A stretch of 64,000 nucleotides of DNA from Octopus vulgaris (Eukaryota), in NCBI GenBank assembly GCA_951406725.2, contig OX597839.1, positions 25,296,001 to 25,360,000 on the forward strand. The letters are read 5' to 3'. The notes under the pieces were generated by a model that worked only from the letters and a program-made list of their open reading frames with translations, was not told the DNA's origin and did not search any database. Shown piece by piece: positions 53,008 through 64,000 of the stretch. Position numbers and translations under genes: made by a program. Position 1 is the first letter of the stretch. Every line of letters starts with the position of its first letter.

Positions 53008-53280
53008 CCTATATATATGTGTATATACCTATATATATGTGTATATACCTATATATACCTATATATATGTGTATATACCTATATATATATATATATGTCT
53101 ATATACCTATATATATATATATATATATGTGTATATACCTATATATATATATATATGTATATGTATATACCTATGTGTATATATATGTATATGTGTCTAT
53201 GTGTGTATATATATATGTATGTATATGTATATAAATGTATTTATGTATGTATGTATATATGTAAATATGTGTGTGTGTGT
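52638..53280. repeat. (TA)n/TATACCTATA compound microsatellite
   Basis: Direct reading; long pure (TA)n also at 53613-53738. Confidence 0.95.
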
Positions 53281-53287
53281 GGAAAAA

Positions 53288-53902
<615 letters not shown>

Positions 53903-53998
53903 TTATACTTCAACCGTAATGGGTTTTTTTTAATATACTACCACGCTTTTTGATGGAATCCTTTTCTGTAGAGAAAGGGACTTCATTCTATATTGTTA

Positions 53999-54040
<42 letters not shown>

Positions 54041-54190
54041 ACTCGTGTGTTCCTTTTCAACCTTCTACATATATATATATATATATATAATAATAAGGGT
54101 AAAATTAATTAATTAGTAATTAATAATTTTACCAAGCAGTGTTCAGTATGTAAAAGGACCATTTACGGTATATTTAAACATTACTTTATA

Positions 54191-54385
54191 TAATTAGAGT
54201 TCAGTTAAAAAATTTACTTTACCACACACCGAACTTTTAGAAATAGCAGCCAAAGAATTTAGCTATTTCTCCTACTATAAGAAGAATCTCCCAGACAATG
54301 TAGTAGGAGAAATAGCTAAATTCTTTGGCTGCTATTTCTAAAAGTTCGGTGTGTGGTAAAGTAAATATTTTTGCTGAACCCTAAT

Positions 54386-54388
<3 letters not shown>
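54191..54388. repeat. Inverted repeat, ~85-bp arms, 23-nt loop
   Basis: TTTACTTTACCACACACCGAACTTTTAGAAATAGCAGCC...CCTACTA mirrored. Confidence 0.9.
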
Positions 54389-54444
<56 letters not shown>

Positions 54445-57164
54445 TTATGTGCGTGTATATATATATGTATACATAAGCACACACTTTTACAGGGAGAGGT
54501 TGCTGACGGTGCTTTTAATGTTTTGGGCCTGCTGGCCTTTGTCTGAGTTTGAACCTTCTAAGCTACTGTTGCCTCTCTTCCTGGAAAATTTTTTTATAAA
54601 CACGCATTTTATTAAAAAGAATTGAGTAATATTTCAGTTTAAATGCACACACGTATGCATGGGAGCATATAGTTGCAAAACTTGGTGGGGAAAATAGTAC
54701 TCGAATACCAAAGGTAGAGTAAAATAGTGTTTTATTAAAGCTAATGATAATGAGAGTTTCACGTGACTGAACCAGTGATCAAAGAGTCTGACTGCTTGAG
54801 TAAACAGCTTGTGAAGTCTTTTCAGCTTCAAAAGAATAAATGTTTATTTATCTCCTAATCCCGTACATTCTTGTGTAGCCTCATGTATTCTCATCCAAGA
54901 TGGAAGCAAGTACCACTGTTCCATGTGAAAGACTTGATATTTGCTATGAAAATTTCTCTTGGCATTAAACCAATGATAGCCTTGTCAACCCACCAATACA
55001 GTGTGTGTGTGTATGTAATTTATATGTGGATAGTTCAACCTCTGATACACATATCTACTCAGAACCCTGCTAACTAAACACACCTATTATAGTTTTAACA
55101 CAGTGCAAAACCAATTAAATTATCTTATAGCTAATTACTTTTGATGTGCATGTCAGCTAATCATCTTTAATTCCTATATTTTAGGGATGTCTCTCAATAT
55201 ATAGGAGCCAACTAACTACATTTTACATTACTAAATTTAATCTTGCATAGAATTTCTCCCCTTAAATAGGGACTAACTGACCACATATTTTAAACTAAAC
55301 TAAATATAATCTCGCTTTATGCCTCCCTTTAAACAGGGATCAACTAATCATGCTTTTAATTTCTAAATTTTGCAGATTTTATCTTTCTCAATAAATAAGG
55401 GCCAACTAACTTACATACTTTAAATTCCTAAACTTTCGGGACTGTATATCTCACAATAAATAGGGGCTGGTTTGATTAAAACCCTGATTGCATTCTGAAA
55501 CATAACACGTATCGACCGCGTGTATCTCGTGAACGCCTTCCGGCATCGGTCGTGGGTACGTCCACACGTACGTGGGCCATACCGCGAGCTTAGGTTCGTT
55601 CTATTGAATAGTTTATTACTTAACACATCCAATGAGTTGCCGTAAAAGGGATGGTTTGAGAGGCCCTAAACCTACAAAAAATGTCTTTGGTTCTAACCAA
55701 TGTTTGTATAATGTCTCATTGTAGCTCTTGTATTACAATGAAGCACTGTGAGAAATTGGTTTATAGACTTAATCTTTTCTTCCGTTTAACACCACTGTCT
55801 AGACCTTGCGTGCTTTGGTGCCTCTGTTCGAAGCATTTGGGTTTGGCCTCCAATTGGGGGTCATCTCTCCCTCCGTCCCACCAGTGTCAGAAGTCATACA
55901 AACAGTCAAAGGCACTGCTCTTCCTTTCTCACTAAAAGAATTTACCCTTTACCATTGAAAATAGTCCATCTCTGGCCTGAATAGTCTCGTGGTTTTATGT
56001 TCAAACTAGCTAGATCTGGCCTTTCATGCCTACCCAACAATGTCATTCTAAAAGTGGTCCCATTATTGAAGTCTTGAAGCTACAAGATAACGCACGGTTC
56101 ATTAAACATTACATTTGACCGAATAGATTGAGTCAGCTGTATCCAGCCCAGATATTCTGTCAGCTTCCTGTTCAAAATGGCCAGATCCAGCTTCTCACAC
56201 CTACCCTACAATGCCATTATAAAAATAAACAACCACATCATTGAAATCTCAAAGCTACAAGATAATGCATGGTTGATTCAAAACAATGTAAATAAATGAT
56301 CAATTCCATTTGATTGAGGAATCTGAAGAACTTTAAAGGGGTTAAGTGAAAAGAAAGGGGTCAAGTGAAAAGAAATTCCACTCTTGAAATGGTTGAGCAA
56401 TGGTTTATATTTTACTCGAAGCTAAAACAATGCAAATTATTGCACTTGATTATTTGTTAAGCAACAATTTGATATTTCTTGAAGTTATTTTGCTTGTTAA
56501 TTGTTTGTATTTCTTTGTTGTTGTTACTCGTGTTCTGGTTCTGTTCTCGACATATATCAGTGTCTGTGTGTCTCCATTCGTCCTCGTCTTTCAACAGCAT
56601 TTAGCAATCGTATTTTGGTGTAATGATCTTTGCTTTTTTGTCATCTCGTTCAATGTATATTATCTACTGTCTTATTTCCACTCTGTCTTCTCATCTTTCA
56701 CCAGCCTCCTCGTACTGTTTTGTTTATGTTGTTGTTGTTTTGTACATATATATATTATATATTTTTATATGTCTGTTGGAGACTTGTTCAATGTTCCTGT
56801 CCCTCGCTGTCTCTCATTCAAGCTTACTCATAACGTTGCTGTCTTATTTCTGTAGTGTATTTTCTAAATTTGTTACCATTCCATCCATTTCGAGTCTTCC
56901 TAATTCAAACCTGGTCTTTGAGTTGCATCAAATGTCCTCTTGTTGCTTGTATTCTGTGGTGACCTAATGTCCCGCATGTCCCATCCTCTCATATATCTCT
57001 TACAAATATCTTTCAGTTCTTTTCCTTAATGTAAGGTATTTAAAAATTAAAAATAGAGATTGGTGGTCAGTACCTTTGCCTAGCATTACAATATTTCATG
57101 ATTAAGACCTTAAAATATGTATGGAGAAACGGTGCTGTTTGCTGACTTCTCTGTTCTGTTATAT

Positions 57165-57565
57165 AATAATAATAATAATAATAATAATTGTGTACAGTGC
57201 TCAGGTGCACTACAACTCATCTAAAGTGTATATATAATCAGGTGAAGTTTCGGCGGATTTCGGAAAGCATGAGGGCCTTAAAAGATGCAGTGTCATGGCA
57301 GTCAACAACTGACGCAGGCAGTTTATTCCATGCTTCAGCAACTCTGAGCGTGAAAAAATGTTTCCGAAAGTCATGGGAGCTGTGTTGTTTTCTGACTTTG
57401 TAGGCATGTCCACGTGTGTTGGACACATGGAGATCAAAAAGGTGTTCAGTGTTGTTGTTGGTGAGGTGGTTGATAACTTTGTGGGTGTTTACCAAGTCCG
57501 TCGCCAAACGCCGGAGCTTCAGTGAATCCATGCCCAGGGAAACAAGGCGATGTATGGAGGGAGAT
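57165..57565 (-). mobile_element. CR1/L2-type LINE 3' end, same family
   Basis: ORF 57238-57531 SLKLRR...DL...TRGH...WNKLP. Confidence 0.85.
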
Positions 57566-58906
57566 TCTGCATTACTGTAGTAGCCAATCAGCTGTATGCA
57601 GTTCAGATATTTTGTTATACTTGTTAATTAAAATGGCATCTTTTATCCGCAAGTTCCCAGTGTTTCTTTCTGTAAACTTGGATGCCTTGGGTGTGGCATT
57701 TCTGTGTATGATTTTGTTTTGTTTTTGTTTATGGAAGTAGCATTGACACAGAAATGTTCTTTAACTCTTTCGTTACTGTATTTATTTTGAGGTGCTCTGT
57801 GTTTCTTTCAATTATTTTAAATATAAAAAAGAATTTAGTAAAATAACTTAGTTATCATTAAGCTAGTATTAGGAGTATAAATTGCGACTACGGTTTGATG
57901 GTATATTTTGATGCAAAACTTATGAAAACAAGACATTTGTACTACAGAGCCAGAGCCGGTTTTGGTCAGGTTGGTAACGAAAGGGTTAAACCCTATGTGT
58001 ACTTATCTGACAGTATTTCTGACGTAGAATTTGTTATAGGTTGTTACACATGATGTTATATACCACATAGAACTGCAGACACATCTGCTGGCCCTGGACT
58101 ATCAGGCTCTTCATTCTTTACAGTAAATTAGCAGAATTGTTAGTGTCGGTTAGGATGTTTTGTGGCATTTGTGTTGATCCTCTGATCAAGAGTTCAAATC
58201 ATGCCACAGTCAACTTTGCATTTCATCTTTTCTGGGTCGATAAACAATGTAGTGGTCCAGGGCTGTGGGCTTATAGAATTGGTAGGGAGTTGAGTGGCAT
58301 GCCTTGCCATATATGCTTCTGCTCTGTACAGTCTGAGTTCAAATCCTGCCTTTGAAATTACTTACACCTCCAACATGTTGGTAACGAGTTGGTTGTGTTG
58401 CTGTCTAATCAATTCAATCTACTAATTAATTCATCATCAATTTCTGACTAATTAGCCAGGTCTCATTAAACATTGAAATTGTTCACGTCTATAGTTTCTT
58501 GATTATTTTTGTTCTTTGCTTAGCTCCAGGCCAGCCATGATCTGGTACACCTCCTTTTGATCAAAGGTATTCCAGCCATGACCATCTATATTTTTCTAAC
58601 TTATCTTCAGTCATAGTGTATCATGGACTGCATTATCAATTTGCTCTTCTTTTTATAAGATAATGGAGTTATTTAATTGTGATTTAGCTACTATTTTCTT
58701 GTAACATCAAGTACCTACATCAGTTGTTCCATTTTTTTTTTTTTTTGTTACTTCTGGTTACCCTTGGTTACTATTTTATTCTTGTGGACCTCCATAGCCA
58801 TTCTTTGTATCAAAACTCTTTATTTTGTTTGTCACACCTGTACTTGTGTAGGTTTAATTAATCTCTGAGAGAACCTGTTTCAATGGCCGGAAACATGTTA
58901 AACTAT

Positions 58907-59292
58907 CTATGGAAGCACTCCGTCGGTTACGACGATGAGGGTTCCGGTTGATCCGAATCAACGGAACAGCCTGCTCGTGAAATTAACGTGTAAGTGGCTG
59001 AGCACTCCACAGACACGTGCACCCTTAACGTAGTTCTCGGGGATATTCAGCATGACACAGAGAGTGACAAGGCCGTCCCTTTGAAATACAGGTACAACAG
59101 AAACAGGAAGTAAGAGTGAGAGAAAGTTGTGGCGAAAGAGTACAGCAGGAATCACCACCATCCCCTGCTGGAGCCTCGTGGAGCTTTAGGTGTTTTCGCT
59201 CAATAAACACTCACAACGCCCAGTCTGGGAATCGAAACTGCGATCCTACGACCACGAGTCCGCTGCCCTAACCACTGGGCCATTGCGCCTCC
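58907..59292 (-). mobile_element. tRNA-derived SINE family C, full length with TSD
   Basis: Head GGAGGCGCAATGGCCCAGTGGTTAGGGC...GTTTCGATTCCC; 14-bp TSD ACATGTTAAACTAT at 58893-58906 and 59293-59306. Partial or related copies at 52075-52206 (+), 51710-52020 (-), 21528-21720 (+). Confidence 0.9.
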
Positions 59293-59923
59293 ACATGTTA
59301 AACTATGTTAAGTGTTAAAGAAAGAAATCTTGCTGGTTTAGCAAAACATTTTCATAGGGGCCTTAAAATACCACCATGGCTCCCCCAGTTTACTATTTTC
59401 CTTGCATGGGCCACCTTGGTTAAGAACTGCTGACCTACGTAAGACTTTGTCACTAGTTTCTCCTCTCGGTAGATGTGATTTTGAAATGTAATATTAAAAG
59501 CTAACCAAAAACTCAGGGATTACAGTTCAGACAACATCGTTAGAATAATTTGTTTGTTTAAATATTTCACCTTTGACCTTCTCCCTCCACCCCGCCCCGC
59601 CCCCCAATTGTCTTCGACGGTTTTTCATTTTGCAATCATAATTTGTTGTTGTTGTTGTTGTTGTTATATTTGTCTTGTGGTTTTCTCTATGGCGTGTTCT
59701 GTATCAGAAATCAGTTCGTTGTTGTCTGTCTGTTTGTTGTTGTAATTTCATGGCAGAAAACTTTTAAAAAAAAAAACAAAAAAAAAAAGAAGGAAAGAAA
59801 GAAACCTGAAACCAATTTGTTGTTGTTTTTGTTTTTTGATCTGGGTTTAATGCCATTCTTTTGTTTCCTGACCCCTAATGTCAAGTAATGTTTCCTCACT
59901 CCTCTGTATATCTATTTTTCTAG

Positions 59924-60136
59924 GTTCTCCCAAAAACACTCGGCGAAGCATTATAAAGCTGGTGAAGTCTGTTCCTACACTCCAACGCCAGGATTCAGGC
60001 TCCAACACATCGTCTTGTAACTCATCCACCCCATCTTCTCCTGCTCTCCCCATCACTTCCCCTGCCAGCATCACTTCTCCCTCTCCGGCTGCCTCCCCGA
60101 AGGTTGTGCCCTTACCATCTCAGTTTCCGTTCCCAG
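59924..60136 (+). CDS. ksr: KSR exon H, CA4 region: ...QDSGSNTSSCNSSTPSSPA...SQFPFP (FxFP ERK docking motif)
   Basis: ttctag acceptor, CAG|gtgagg donor, phase 1-1. DSxSNxSSxxSSTPSSPA and FxFP are KSR CA4 hallmarks. Confidence 0.9.
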
Positions 60137-61005
60137 GTGAGGACCATTATCCCGTGTCTTGCTCAACACCTACTGAACCTGCTTTCTTTGATGTTTTTTG
60201 TAGTCAGTCTGCTTATCCGTTAAACATGAATGCTAACCACCCTGCTAACCATCTAAGTGGTAAGGCCCTGCCAAATCTGAGTGCCGTCAACAAACCCTCA
60301 AGACATGGCTCCTTCCATCACTTTGGTCGGGCCTCACCGTCCTCATCACCAGTTTGCAGCACAAAGAAATCTAATTTTCACAATGTTCATTTTAAACGTG
60401 TTCCTCTTGAAAGCATCCCGTTACCATCGAGATGTGCTTGTCAGCATGTGTACGAACATGAACGAAAGCTTGGCCTCTATACGTACCCCTGTTTGAACCT
60501 AGGTTCCGCTGAATGTGTGCATTGTAGATCTATTTCGACTTTATGTTTTCCATGCTTTTCCACATCCTCTGACAAACCATGCAAACACAAGGACCACAAG
60601 GACTTCCATGCCAGCCAAGGTTTGCGTAATTGTGCCGACAAGTTGTTGCTCTCCGACCAATCTCACTCAGGTCAGTTAAAGAAAAGAGTGACGGGCATTC
60701 CGGCTGTGGCCCCGGCCGCATTGTCGCATCTCCTGCAGACTAAAGGCCCCATGCAGTCGCCTCTGGTAGCCATGTCCAAACTTCTGCCATCGTTGTCATC
60801 ATCGTCGTCATCGGAATATTCTGGTGTCAATGAACAGGTACCACATTGGCAATACACCAACTCAGGTAATCAGTTGACTCTACAACACATGCTAAGGGTG
60901 CAATTTGGTTGGCATGACGGCCGGTTCAAATTTAACTTGGCAGTTTTTAAATTTTTCTTTTCGACTTTTTTTCTTTCCTCTCGCTCTTTTGCAAATGTGG
61001 GTTAA
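60137..61005 (+). CDS. Possible alternative in-frame extension of exon H (alternative donors after 60670 or 60865, or terminal exon to TAA at 61003-61005)
   Basis: Stop-free for 289 codons past the donor in non-repetitive sequence. Two downstream CAG|GT donors are in the same phase (1) as 60136. Confidence 0.55.
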
Positions 61006-61677
61006 AAAAAAAAAAAAAAACACTTGATGTTGGGTGAACGTATTTCATATCAGGGCAAACGCACACTTGGTATACGGGGAACATACTTGCTATCAGTGAA
61101 TGTACTCTTGTCATTGGATGAACACACACTTCATATTGGGGTGAACGCATTCTTGCGATTGGGTGAATACGCAATTATTGGTAACGGGTAAACCTACTTT
61201 CAGCTTTCTTTTTACTTTTCTCTCTCTCTAATTACTTTAAGTCGTCTTCACCTTCTCTGTCTCCCTTATGCTCTCTCCTTCCTCTTCTCTCTCACTCTCT
61301 CCACTATGTATTGTGTATACTAATACATCCTTCTACCTTACTTTAGCAGCAATCTTTAATAAATATGTATGTATATATATATATATATATTAATAAATAA
61401 AACATGCATATATATATATATATATATATATTAATAAATCAAACATATGCATATATATATATATACATATATGTACGTACCTACCTCTACATGTATATAT
61501 ACACGCATATATGAGTACAGGACACCAAAAAAACATCGAACATAATGAGAAACGAAAACATAGACACAAACCCTAGGAACTGGACATTTTTTTTTAAACA
61601 ACAAAAAAATAGAGTACAGGACAATTAACACAAAGAAAAAAACCCTTCTTCAGTCGCCATGGTTTCATCTACTCTAC

Positions 61678-61734
<57 letters not shown>

Positions 61735-61837
61735 ATGATAATATAAATTCATGATTAAATTAAATTTCAGATATCAATGTACTCTTCAGGGCATGAAGTA
61801 CAAACCATAATACAATGAACTTGAGAGGGAATATATC

Positions 61838-61978
61838 AGGAAAATTGAATGTGGGAGATTCAAATTTTTATCCGTGTGAGAAAGAGATGTGAGTCATGTC
61901 GGATATTTATGGTTGTGGTTAAATATCCGACATGACTAACACGGATCAAAATATGAATCTCCTACATTCAATTTTTCT
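61838..61978. repeat. Imperfect inverted repeat
   Basis: AAAATTGAATGTGGGAGATTCA...AGTCATGTCGGATATTTA mirrored around about 61915. Confidence 0.8.
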
Positions 61979-62047
61979 TATATATACATATAGATATAAA
62001 TAAATGAAAGAATGGAGTCGAACGACGATTTAACAAAATTCCTTTAT

Positions 62048-62128
62048 TCTCGACATATGTTTCGAAGACTGCATATTCCTAATTTTGAAGGAATAAGGGG
62101 TGCATTATGCCGCCTTCTCATCAGGAAA
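62048..62128 (-). ncRNA. Minimal hammerhead-ribozyme-like motif with long helix II
   Basis: Minus strand: TTTC-CTGATGA-GAAG...TATTCCT/AGGAATA...CTTC-GAAAC-ATAT-GTC-GAGA. Confidence 0.7.
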
Positions 62129-62369
62129 GACAAGGAACTTATGTCAGCATCATGATGAACAAAAACTTTTAGATGACTGCCCACACGGTTCCATAGCGAT
62201 TCTTTCATTAATTTGTATTAAAAAAAACACAAATTTCCACACGAAAACACGTGATCTCTGCCCTTGGCATGTAGCTTCAACCGTGTTTTTCTGACGTGAA
62301 TTTGCTACCCGGGTATCGGTTAACCGAATTATCCATACTAGGATAATTCATTCAACTACTTAAATATAC

Positions 62370-62409
<40 letters not shown>

Positions 62410-62421
<12 letters not shown>

Positions 62422-62727
62422 TTCGAGACAAAACCACTATTTTGCAAAACAAACAAGGAAAGACTTAATCAATACATAAAAATTTTAATATAAAATAAAT
62501 AAACCGCCACTACAAGCGTTTCATGTCTGCTACCGACAATCTTCAGGTGGATTTCCGATCTTCTAATCAGTTTTAGAAGATCGGAAATCCACCTACAATG
62601 TCATTTGAAGACATGAAACGATTGTAGTGGCGGTTTATTTATTTTATATTAAAATTTTTATGCATTGATTAAGTCTTTCCTTGTTTGTTTTGCAAAATAG
62701 TGGTTTTGTCTCGAATTAATATTATAT
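62410..62727. repeat. Fold-back element, ~150-bp arms, between (TA)n tracts; one-armed relative at 32112-32380
   Basis: Arms mirrored around about 62568; contains a hammerhead-like motif. Confidence 0.9.
62507..62550 (-). ncRNA. Minimal hammerhead-ribozyme-like motif
   Basis: Minus strand: CCAC-CTGAAGA-tTGTCggtagcaGACAt-GAAAC-GCTT-GTA-GTGG. Confidence 0.7.
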
Positions 62728-62808
62728 AATATTTTACTATAAAATTGGATTTAATCCTAAATCTGATTTTTCCCTGTAAATTTGGATTTATTCCCTAATA
62801 TTTATTAT

Positions 62809-62855
<47 letters not shown>

Positions 62856-64000
62856 AGAGAGAGATTAAGGCTTAAATTTCTCAAATACATTGCAAGGGGC
62901 AGGCATGGCTGTGTGGTTGAATAGTTTGCTTTGCAACCGTGTGACCTCTCATTCAGTCCCATCGTGTGCTAAGTTGGGGGATGGGATTTTTCTACTGTAG
63001 TGGATGTGCACCACTCCACCGCCTCTTCAGCTGTAGTGTTTTGTCCTTTAAACAACCTCTCGTTCAAGGGTTCCATTCTGTGGCCTGTAATCCTGCGCCA
63101 AAGAATCCTTCTTCAGATTTGAAGTAGCAATTGTTTTCAAATGAGAGCTTTCACTTGTAAGTCATTAACTAGCATCCTTTTCTACCCCCCCCCCCATTTT
63201 TTTTTTTTTAATATGGGAACAGAAATATTGTTTGAATGACTAGTTTGAGAAGCTACAAGCTTGTTATTTTAATAGCCACAGTAATTGTGGAATTCAAAAA
63301 TTACTGGCGGTTGACGACCATGTGTTATAAAGTTGCTAACTACAGCCATTGAGCGAAGGAACATAACTCTGTTGTGTCTCTGAATAAAAACTGGTTTCAC
63401 TCCCCTTTCATGGTTGAACCATTTGTTCTTAATTTTCGGTACGAAGTCAGATTTTTTTTTTTTTAGGGAGGAGACAAGCTTAGTTAATACCATCAGAACC
63501 AGTACTTGACTGGTACTTTTTATCAGCCTTGAAAGGATGATAAAAGGTAAAGTTGACCATGGCAGGATTTGAACTCGGAACATAAACAGCCAGATTAAAT
63601 ACCACGTTGGATTTTTGTCTGACGGTCTGTCTAATGGGTCCACCATATTCCTGCCTTTGAATGGTCAAAATAATGCCAGTTGATATGCTCGTCTTTAACT
63701 GTTCAAATATTAAACCTGTAACCAATTTTATTGACTTTTTTGGAGCTATTAGTAATGCAGTCCCCAGCCTTACCAGCTCCTGTCAAAACTGTCCAACCCA
63801 TGCCAGCATGGAAAACAGACGTTAAATGATGACGATGTTTAATTGATTGTGTTACATTGTACATTTCTTTAGAATTCTGATATTATTAGGACCTTCATAA
63901 GCACCAATTTGAAGCAGAAGACAAATCTGGCCCCCTGAAGAGACCAGCTTTCCTCTTCTCTTATGAACCCATGCTTCTTATATCTAACATCCATCTATAT

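Noticed and set aside
54735-54830. Other CTGANGA/GAAAC-like hits (54740-54826, 29305, 58865-58900, 61645-61680, 61765-61790, 63934)
   Set aside because: Core mismatched, or no convincing helix II/helix I pairing; at most relics.
59215-59292. tRNA genes here and at SINE heads (21528, 25269, 52075)
   Set aside because: A/B boxes are present, but the heads continue into SINE bodies, one with a TSD, and lack a clean acceptor stem.
61006-64000. KSR kinase-domain exons
   Set aside because: No recognisable kinase motifs or supported exon; presumably downstream of the window.

Overview
Eukaryotic, AT-rich, repeat-dense genomic DNA. The SINE/LINE families and microsatellite load look like an octopus (coleoid cephalopod) genome; this is inference. 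The whole window lies inside one + strand gene, a Kinase Suppressor of Ras (KSR) orthologue. I read 8 coding exons with canonical AG/GT ends and consistent phases: 18360-18491, 23768-23912, 26735-27371, 30696-30880, 36283-36349, 51386-51466, 52345-52409, 59924-60136. They encode part of CC-SAM, a Gly-rich linker, the CA2 Pro-rich region, a 14-3-3-type site, the atypical C1 domain and the CA4 Ser/Thr region with its FxFP motif. The first coding exon and the kinase domain are not in the window. Introns are packed with at least 3 tRNA-type SINE families, RTE and CR1-type LINE 3' ends, piggyBac-, hAT- and TA-type MITEs, two Helitron-like elements, several satellites and fold-back palindromes. The most interesting signals are: (1) many minimal hammerhead-ribozyme-like motifs of the Penelope/retrozyme type, including a 12-copy 112-bp tandem array in a KSR intron and a U3-A8 core variant; (2) an 869-nt in-frame read-through past the FxFP exon donor, with same-phase alternative donors and a zinc-finger-like Cys/His pattern; (3) an E-box-dense 26-bp array beside an exon; (4) a CpG/CRE-rich intronic island. 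Repeat boundaries are approximate unless a TSD or TIR is quoted.
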